Shown here one piece after another: positions 57,664 through 64,000 of a stretch of DNA of 64,000 nucleotides (positions within the stretch are counted from its first letter, which is position 1; every line of letters begins with the position of its first letter). The DNA is taken from contig CANJUR010000008.1 of assembly GCA_947477565.1 (NCBI GenBank), positions 83,730-147,729 on the forward strand, read 5' to 3'. Made by a program: the position numbers and the translations under genes. This stretch comes from Deltaproteobacteria bacterium. GTDB lineage: Bacteria; Myxococcota_A; Polyangia; Polyangiales; Ga0077539. The notes under the pieces are model-generated. The model was not told the origin of the DNA. It saw only the letters and a program-made list of their open reading frames with translations, and ran no database searches.

Positions 57664-58191
57664 TCAGTCACGAGGACAGAGCCCGAAGCGAACGAGACGC
57701 ACGCCCTCAAGCTGAAGCCGACAGAGGCCGCCATAGGTCATTCCGTCGCAGCCGCAGACGAGGTCGATGGCGGCGTCGTTCGGCGCGCAGGATTCCGCTG
57801 CAGGGCGCGGCACGCAGAAGCCCAGGGCGTCGCAGCCTGGGCCGTTGCAATAGAGGTCCGGCGAAGGGCAGTCGGCGTTGGTGCGGCAGCCGAGAACCGC
57901 GGACTCCGCGACGACATCGCGGGGCGCGTCGGTCACGTCGAACGCAGCGTCTAACGCGGCTTCGGAGGGCCCATCGCGCCCAGCGTCGTGCCCGGCATCG
58001 CGCCCAGCGTCGAGGTCGCCCGCGTCGTCGCCGAGGTCGCTCGACACATCCCGGGGCCCGCCGAGATCGCTCGACCAGAACCCCCCGTCGCCGCTGAAGC
58101 GCCGCGGTTCATTCGCGCAGCCCAGTGCCAGCACGACCCCGATCCACCATCCCCGACCAGACGAGTCGCCCGTCGAACGCCGTATCTGCAT
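57664..58191 (-). CDS. Cys-rich lipoprotein with a Kazal-like C-terminal module
   Basis: Lipobox ALGC; DAG-rich linker; C..NADC....YC and VCGCDG.TY...C. Confidence 0.65.
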   Translation of the reverse strand: MQIRRSTGDSSGRGWWIGVVLALGCANEPRRFSGDGGFWSSDLGGPRDVSSDLGDDAGDLDAGRDAGHDAGRDGPSEAALDAAFDVTDAPRDVVAESAVLGCRTNADCPSPDLYCNGPGCDALGFCVPRPAAESCAPNDAAIDLVCGCDGMTYGGLCRLQLEGVRLVRFGLCPRD

Positions 58192-58253
58192 CGGGCCGAC
58201 CATGACACAGCCCGCGGCCAAACCCCACCGATCGCCCCCCCCTCTGTTCGGTG

Positions 58254-59540
58254 TCACCCTCGCGCCTCGCTGAACGCCGCCGCCGCCGCCGCCAGCGTCG
58301 CGTCGAGCACCGCGTCGTCATGCGTGACGGAGTGGAACGCCGCCTCCCACTGCGACGGCGGGAGGTACACCCCACGCTGGAGCATTCCCTGGTGCCAGCG
58401 GGCAAATGCCCTGGTATCGGCGCGCTTCGCGTCGTCCCATGAGCGCACGGGCCAGTCGCAGAAGAACACCGTCCACATCGCTCCGACCCGCTGAATCGTC
58501 ACGGGCACACCCGCCGCCCGCGCCGCCTCGCGAAGGCCCGTCTCGAGGCGCGCCCCGATGCGCTCGAGGGACACGTAAACCTCCGGCGCAAGCAGCGCCA
58601 GCGTCGCGAGCCCCGCCGCAGTGGCGACGGGGTTTCCACTGAGCGTCCCGGCCTGGTAAACAGGCCCAAGCGGGGCGAGGCGATCCATGATTTCTGCGCG
58701 ACCGCCGAAGGCCGCAAGGGGCAAGCCCCCACCGACAATCTTACCAAGAGTCGTAAGATCGGGAGTGACTCCGTAGACCTCCTGCGCGCCGCCGTGCGCC
58801 AGACGGAAACCGGTCATCACCTCGTCGAGAACCAGCAGTGCACCGTACTCGGTGCAGAGCGCGCGCAGCCCTTCGAGGAAGCCCGTCGCGGGCGGGACGC
58901 AGCCCATGTTGCCAACCACAGGCTCTACGATCACCGCGGCGATCTCGCTCCCCTGCGCGGCGAAGAGGGCCTTCACGGCGTCGAGGTCGTTGTAGGGCGC
59001 GACGAGGGTGTTGGCTGCCGTCCCAGCCGGGACGCCCGCGCTGTCGGGCACGCCGAAGGTCGCCGCGCCGCTGCCCGCCTTCACCAACAGGAAGTCCGCG
59101 TGGCCGTGGTAGCAGCCCTCGAACTTCAGAACCTTGTCGCGCCCGGTGAAGCCCCGCGCGAGACGCAAGGCGCTCATGCACGCCTCGGTTCCGCTCGAGC
59201 ATAGGCGGACCTTCTCCATCGACGGGACCGCCTCGCAGAGGGCCTCCGCGAAGAGCACCTCGCGCTCCGTCGGCGCACCGTAACTGGTGCCCATCGCCGC
59301 CGCCTCGGTGATCACTCGCAGGATCGCCGGGTGCGCGTGGCCGAGCACCATCGGCCCCCAGGAGCCGACGTAGTCGATGTAGCGCGTGCCGTCAGCGCCC
59401 CAGAGGTACGGCCCCTCCGCGCGCGCCACGTAAACAGGATCACCTCCGACAGCGCGAAACGCTCGGACAGGAGAGTTCACGCCACCAGGGATTCGTCGGA
59501 GGGCGCGCTCGTGCAGGCTTCGAGAGATGGGGTCTGCCAT
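58254..59540 (-). CDS. hemL: Glutamate-1-semialdehyde 2,1-aminomutase
   Basis: [63 protein letters not shown]. Confidence 0.97.
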   Translation of the reverse strand: MADPISRSLHERALRRIPGGVNSPVRAFRAVGGDPVYVARAEGPYLWGADGTRYIDYVGSWGPMVLGHAHPAILRVITEAAAMGTSYGAPTEREVLFAEALCEAVPSMEKVRLCSSGTEACMSALRLARGFTGRDKVLKFEGCYHGHADFLLVKAGSGAATFGVPDSAGVPAGTAANTLVAPYNDLDAVKALFAAQGSEIAAVIVEPVVGNMGCVPPATGFLEGLRALCTEYGALLVLDEVMTGFRLAHGGAQEVYGVTPDLTTLGKIVGGGLPLAAFGGRAEIMDRLAPLGPVYQAGTLSGNPVATAAGLATLALLAPEVYVSLERIGARLETGLREAARAAGVPVTIQRVGAMWTVFFCDWPVRSWDDAKRADTRAFARWHQGMLQRGVYLPPSQWEAAFHSVTHDDAVLDATLAAAAAAFSEARG

Positions 59541-59584
59541 GGTTTGTGGACCGTGCTCCGAGCGTCGATCACTGTCCAGCGCGG

Positions 59585-60475
59585 TTACGGCGTCCCGGGC
59601 CGCTCGATATCTCCGTAAAGCACCAACTCGATGCCGTGGAGGTCGTCGGGCATCGCCCCGCGAACCACCATCGGCTGCGGAACCGACTTGCTCTCCCCTG
59701 CACCCAGACGCTCATCGTCAGGAAATAAGAAGCCCTGCAGACCGGTAGGGCCGTCCCCCGCGCGCGTCCGAATCTCGAGCGCTCGCAGACGGTACGGCGG
59801 GCACGCATCGTTGGCGCATGGGTTGCGCACCACCGCGTTCACGGACACAAACGGCGCGTCGCCCGCAACCGGGGGACCGCTCACGTACGGTCGCACCTCG
59901 ACCTCGAGAGACGCTAAGGAGGCCGTGGTGCCGCCGCTCGCCAGGGGCACCGATGCGCGCCACAGCCCGGGAGCGCCGGGCGCACCGGATGCGCTGCGGA
60001 GTTGGGCCAGGACCGGCGGCGCCGATGGGAGGGTGACAGACACAGCGGCGGTCGCGCTGTCCGCGAGCATCACCCGCGTCGAAGACGACCACGGTGCCAC
60101 GAAAGAAGAACCAATCACTTCGTAGGTTCCCGGGCCGAGCGCGTCGATGGTCTGCGTGGCGGTGCGATCCCAACGAAGCACGCGCTCGGAGCCGACGACC
60201 TGGCCGCACCGCACGAGCAGCCACACTTCAGGGCTGCGCGCCGCGAGCGCCGGGTCGAGCCCGAGCGACACCCGGAGGCGACCGGTGCCCGCGGTGGAGC
60301 ACGGCAACGGGCCAGCGAGGTCGGCGGTCGCCATCGCTCCGTCGCGCGCCGCAGACGCATCGGAAACGAGCGCCGAGGCATCCTGCGAGGGAGCACCGTC
60401 GACACCGCTGCCGCATCCCACGGCAGCGAGTGAGAGGAGCCACGGCGCGACGCGCCGCAGTGCAAGGAAGTTCAT
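59585..60475 (-). CDS. Hypothetical lipoprotein
   Basis: Signal peptide with lipobox AVGC; D/A/S-rich linker. Confidence 0.6.
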   Translation of the reverse strand: MNFLALRRVAPWLLSLAAVGCGSGVDGAPSQDASALVSDASAARDGAMATADLAGPLPCSTAGTGRLRVSLGLDPALAARSPEVWLLVRCGQVVGSERVLRWDRTATQTIDALGPGTYEVIGSSFVAPWSSSTRVMLADSATAAVSVTLPSAPPVLAQLRSASGAPGAPGLWRASVPLASGGTTASLASLEVEVRPYVSGPPVAGDAPFVSVNAVVRNPCANDACPPYRLRALEIRTRAGDGPTGLQGFLFPDDERLGAGESKSVPQPMVVRGAMPDDLHGIELVLYGDIERPGTP

Positions 60476-60529
60476 GGTCGAGGCGTATAGCAACCACGCC
60501 GCGGAACCGTAAGCCTGGAGCGACGCGCG

Positions 60530-61384
60530 TCAGGTCTTAGGAAAAGACAGTGGCGGGGGCGGTGGTAACGGTGCGGGGGAAAGCGGCGCGGGTGGCACCA
60601 CTCGCTCGTGGGTCACGTCCACGCGTCGCAGCGCGCCATCCTGCAACCTCCAGGTCTCCCGCCGGATCTCACTTCCGATGGGCTCGCCCGCGAGGCCGCC
60701 GTGAATCGGACGCTGCTCGATGTACAGGTCGCGCGGCACCGGCAACTCTTCGATGACGTCCCAGCGCCCCTGCGTCGCCGCGCCGGTTCTCTCGTCAAAT
60801 GATCCGAGATGCACGGTGCCTGCGTACCAGCGCAGGTCGCCCGCCGAGCCAAGCCATGCCAGCCGCAGCGTGCGCCCGCTCCCTTCGTCTCCGTCGTCGC
60901 TCGCGACCTCGGTCTCCACCGCGAACTCCCGCGGCTCGAGGGTCGTCAGCGCGACCGGCGTGACCTGTGAAACAGCACGCACGCAACGACCCGGCAGACC
61001 CGCTTCAACGAGCGCGAGATGCGCCCGCGGCGTCCATTCCCCGTGGTGCGCGGCGAACCCGATGAGCGTCACGTTGCCGCAGTCAGTGCGCACGACACCG
61101 AGCGCGGAGTCACCCACGCAGCCGAGCGCGACGACCTCGCTCACCCGCTCGTCAGTTGCGACTTCCCCGGTGATGGTGCGCTCGCCAGCGGCGTCGTGAA
61201 GCTCGACTCCCATCGCCCGCAACACCGACGCGTCCGTGCGCGCGCCGTCGAGAACCGCCGCGAGGCCAGCGCACTCAGCGGTCTGCGTCGTCGCTGCCGT
61301 CGTCGCAACGGCCCCGGGGCGCGGCGCCGACGCGCACGCCGCCATCCACGCGAGCGCGCACACCGGAACCATCGTGCGGCTCAC
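60530..61384 (-). CDS. Hypothetical lipoprotein
   Basis: GTG overlapping the iaaA stop; lipobox MAAC; Pro-rich C-terminus. Confidence 0.55.
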   Translation of the reverse strand: MSRTMVPVCALAWMAACASAPRPGAVATTAATTQTAECAGLAAVLDGARTDASVLRAMGVELHDAAGERTITGEVATDERVSEVVALGCVGDSALGVVRTDCGNVTLIGFAAHHGEWTPRAHLALVEAGLPGRCVRAVSQVTPVALTTLEPREFAVETEVASDDGDEGSGRTLRLAWLGSAGDLRWYAGTVHLGSFDERTGAATQGRWDVIEELPVPRDLYIEQRPIHGGLAGEPIGSEIRRETWRLQDGALRRVDVTHERVVPPAPLSPAPLPPPPPLSFPKT

Positions 61385-62259
61385 CAGCCCGACTCCCGTG
61401 CGCCGTCCGTCGAGCCCCACGCCCAGATCATCGTCTCGGTGTTGTTCGCCCGCCCCGGACGCCCGGCGCAATCGAGCGCGATCACCCCGCCGGTGCCCTC
61501 AACCCGCGCGGCCAGCGTCGCGATCGCCTGCTCTGCTGCCGCCATCGGATCGGCCCCGCCCCGCAGCGCCGCCACCACCAGAAACCCTACCCCCACCCGC
61601 AAGATCTTCTCGCCGTGCCCCGTCGCGCTGACCCCGCCTGCGAGGTCGTCGGCGTACGTTCCGGCACCCGGCAGAGGGGAATCGCCGACGCGCCCGCGAC
61701 GCTTGTCCATCATGCCGCCGGTGCTCGTCGCCGCGGCCACGTGGGTGCCATCGAAGGCCACTGCGCCGACGGTTCCGCCGGACCAGCCGGCCTCCGCGCG
61801 GCCCGCCCGCACGGCCTCCCAGCGCTCCCGCGCCTGCTCGGTAATCAACTCCGCGTCTGGCACCCGAGCGAAGCCCCGCGCCTCCGCGAAGCGCAACGCA
61901 CCCTCCCCCGCGTAGATCGCGTGGCGACCCTCTTCCATGACCGCGCGCGCCACCGCGATCGGGTGTCGCACCGACGGCATCGCGCACACTGCTCCGTATC
62001 GCAGCCCATCGCCGTCCATCAGCGCCGCGTCGAGCTCGACCCCGCCGTCCTCGTTCAAGCAAGACCCCCACCCTGCGTTGAAGAGCGGATCGTCTTCCAG
62101 TACCTCCACCGCCCGCTGCGCAGCATCGAGAGCGCGACCGCCCGCCCGCAGCACCTCCAGGGCAGCAGCCACCGCTCGCTCACAGCCCGCGACGTGCTTC
62201 GCGCGGCGCTCGGGTGCCACGTTGCCAGCACCGCCATGCACGATCACCGACGGGGGCAT
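61381..62259 (-). CDS. iaaA: Isoaspartyl peptidase / L-asparaginase (Ntn hydrolase)
   Basis: IVHGGAG, LEDDP.FNAG.G, ELDA..MDG, GTVGAVA, AATSTGG, GRVGDSP..GAG, SATGHGE. Confidence 0.93.
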   Translation of the reverse strand: MPPSVIVHGGAGNVAPERRAKHVAGCERAVAAALEVLRAGGRALDAAQRAVEVLEDDPLFNAGWGSCLNEDGGVELDAALMDGDGLRYGAVCAMPSVRHPIAVARAVMEEGRHAIYAGEGALRFAEARGFARVPDAELITEQARERWEAVRAGRAEAGWSGGTVGAVAFDGTHVAAATSTGGMMDKRRGRVGDSPLPGAGTYADDLAGGVSATGHGEKILRVGVGFLVVAALRGGADPMAAAEQAIATLAARVEGTGGVIALDCAGRPGRANNTETMIWAWGSTDGARESGW

Positions 62260-62262
62260 CGC

Positions 62263-62634
62263 TCAGCCCTTTCGAAGCCGGGTCACCACCTCGGGCGAAG
62301 TGTTCTCCGCGGTGAGCTGACGGCCCGCGAGCGACGGCTCGGCGAGCACCCCGCCCGCCGTGTCGAGGCCGCGCACGAGCGCCGGGACGTCCGCCGCGCT
62401 GAGCTGACCGAGCAGCACCCCGTCGGGCATCACCGCGGCGATCACCCCATGCTCGCAGTGGTCGATGCAACTCGACGCCATCACCCGCACGCGCGCCCCC
62501 TGCCCCGCGACCCTGCTCGCGCGCTTGAGTTCTTCCACCATCGCCTCGGACCCCTTGGCCGCGCACGATCCCCGAGGATTATCGTCGGCGCGCCGATTGG
62601 TACAGATCCACACAAAACGCTCTCGGAAGGGCAT
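62263..62634 (-). CDS. Thioredoxin-like [2Fe-2S] ferredoxin
   Basis: ICTN.R....PRGSC...G, SSCID.C..G. Confidence 0.85.
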   Translation of the reverse strand: MPFRERFVWICTNRRADDNPRGSCAAKGSEAMVEELKRASRVAGQGARVRVMASSCIDHCEHGVIAAVMPDGVLLGQLSAADVPALVRGLDTAGGVLAEPSLAGRQLTAENTSPEVVTRLRKG

Positions 62635-62685
62635 GCGTGCGTTTATACACATGACCTCAACCGCTCCGCGATACTCCGCTCCCCG

Positions 62686-63573
62686 ATGCGCGTCCGAGTG
62701 AAGGCCCGAGCCTCCCGCAGCCTCGCGACGGTCACGCCGAGCGGGCGCGAGCTCGTCCGCGCGTTTCTCGCCCTCGCCCTCCGCGCAGACGTCCCTACGC
62801 TCGCCGCGAGCTTCGCGTTTAGCGCCATCTTTGCGATCGGCCCGCTGCTCTCCCTCGCACTCACGGCCCTATCGACGCTGCGCAACGACACCTTCCGCCG
62901 CGGCCTCGACGCTCTCGCGCGCGCCATCGTCCCGAGCGTGTCCGCCCCGTTTCTCGACGACATCGCTACGCAGTTGAAGCGCGCGGGCAACCCACTGCTT
63001 GTCGCGCTCTCCCTCCTCGGCCTCGTCTGGACCCTCTCCTCCGCCTCCGACGCCGTCGTCTCCGCGCTCGAGATCATCGGCCGCCGAGACCCTCGCGCGT
63101 GGTGGCGCCGCCGGTTGCGGGCCGTGCTTCTCGGCCTCGCGGTAGCCCTCGCCCTCGCGGTGGCCTCCGTCGCCGTGAGCCTGGGCCCGAGCGTCGGCGC
63201 CTTCCTCGGCCGCCTCTCGGGCCTACCCTTCGGAGTCTTTGAACCGCTCACTTCCCGGTGGTTTCGCCTGCCGCTGGTGGCTTCCAGCTTTACCACCCTC
63301 TGTATGATCTACTACCGCCACGGCACCATCGACGCTCCCCCACGGGGGCTCTCGCTCGTCGGTGCCACCTTCGGCGGCGTGCTCGCCACCCTGGCCTCGG
63401 CGGTGCTCAGCGGGTGGTTCTCCCTCATCCCACTCCTCGGCGGCGGGTACGGCGCCGCGACGGCCTTCTTCGCCGTCCTGCTCTGGCTGTACGTGCTCGG
63501 TCTCTCGATCTGTCTCGGTGCGTGCGTCACCCATGTCCCTGGATTTGTCCCGCAGCACCGCCGTGGTCGTTAG
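62686..63573 (+). CDS. YihY/BrkB family inner membrane protein
   Basis: LAA..AF..IFA..P.L, W..S, WW..R, YG....FF..LLWLY......LGA. Confidence 0.8.
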   Translation: MRVRVKARASRSLATVTPSGRELVRAFLALALRADVPTLAASFAFSAIFAIGPLLSLALTALSTLRNDTFRRGLDALARAIVPSVSAPFLDDIATQLKRAGNPLLVALSLLGLVWTLSSASDAVVSALEIIGRRDPRAWWRRRLRAVLLGLAVALALAVASVAVSLGPSVGAFLGRLSGLPFGVFEPLTSRWFRLPLVASSFTTLCMIYYRHGTIDAPPRGLSLVGATFGGVLATLASAVLSGWFSLIPLLGGGYGAATAFFAVLLWLYVLGLSICLGACVTHVPGFVPQHRRGR

Positions 63574-63577
63574 CCCC

Positions 63578-64000
63578 GTGCGCTTCGGAATCATCGCTCT
63601 GGCACTGCTCGTCGCGGGCTGCGAGATGCCTGCCCCACCCCGCCGACGCCCGCAGGTTGAGCCCCCGGACGTCCCGCTCATCGACGGCGGAACCCGGCGC
63701 TGCGCCCTGCGCGCGGACGCCCCGGCGGAGGTCTCCCGCGGCGCCGACCCTGGCCGGATGCGCATCGCCTGGAACGGCGAGCACTGGGCGGTGGTGTGGT
63801 CCGAGGTCATCGACGACGAGCCCGCGGTGTTCTTCGCGCGCCTGGACGCGGACGGACGCCGCCCGCGCCCGCCGCTCCGGGTGAGCGAGCGCCGCACCTA
63901 CGCCAGCGCCCCCGCCGTCTGCTGGAACCGCACCGGATGGTCGGTCTTCTTTACCGGCGGCCTGCGCGAGGTCGGGGACATCTACCAGGCACGCGTCACA
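63578..64000 (+). CDS. Hypothetical lipoprotein (3'-truncated)
   Basis: GTG start, MRFGIIALALLVAGC lipobox; IAWNGEHWAVVWSE beta-propeller-like repeat; open to the window end. Confidence 0.6.
   Translation, partial: MRFGIIALALLVAGCEMPAPPRRRPQVEPPDVPLIDGGTRRCALRADAPAEVSRGADPGRMRIAWNGEHWAVVWSEVIDDEPAVFFARLDADGRRPRPPLRVSERRTYASAPAVCWNRTGWSVFFTGGLREVGDIYQARVT

Overview
High-GC bacterial chromosomal segment, most likely from a Myxococcota (Polyangia-like deltaproteobacterial) lineage; this is inferred from the gene families, the many Cys-rich lipoproteins and a myxobacterial-type PilZ remnant. It is mostly core genome. The centre (18.7-30.9 kb, minus strand) is the ribosomal protein cluster rplV through rpoA-rplQ. 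It starts at rplV with no rpsJ-rpsS block upstream, and sits back-to-back with tRNA-Leu(CAA). Other recognisable genes are skp/ompH (partial), a gamma-CA-like protein, miaB, HMG-CoA lyase, thrS, sdaA, a LuxE-like acyl-protein synthetase coupled to a class-III aminotransferase, a DPP-IV peptidase, nadB, bamD, a UbiB-family kinase, hemL and iaaA. The most notable signals are: (1) selD encodes selenocysteine through an in-frame TGA with a downstream hairpin, which the ORF track missed; (2) five GT-C-type membrane glycosyltransferases plus a polyprenyl-P glycosyltransferase and a methyltransferase, with selD lying among them; (3) a LuxE + aminotransferase pair without luxAB/luxC; (4) the split S10 operon with a structured leader before rplV; (5) a hairpin-rich 5' region of sdaA; (6) several frameshifted gene relics. 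No CRISPR array, rRNA, transposase or integrase was seen. All calls come from reading the sequence and motifs by eye; no database search was run.
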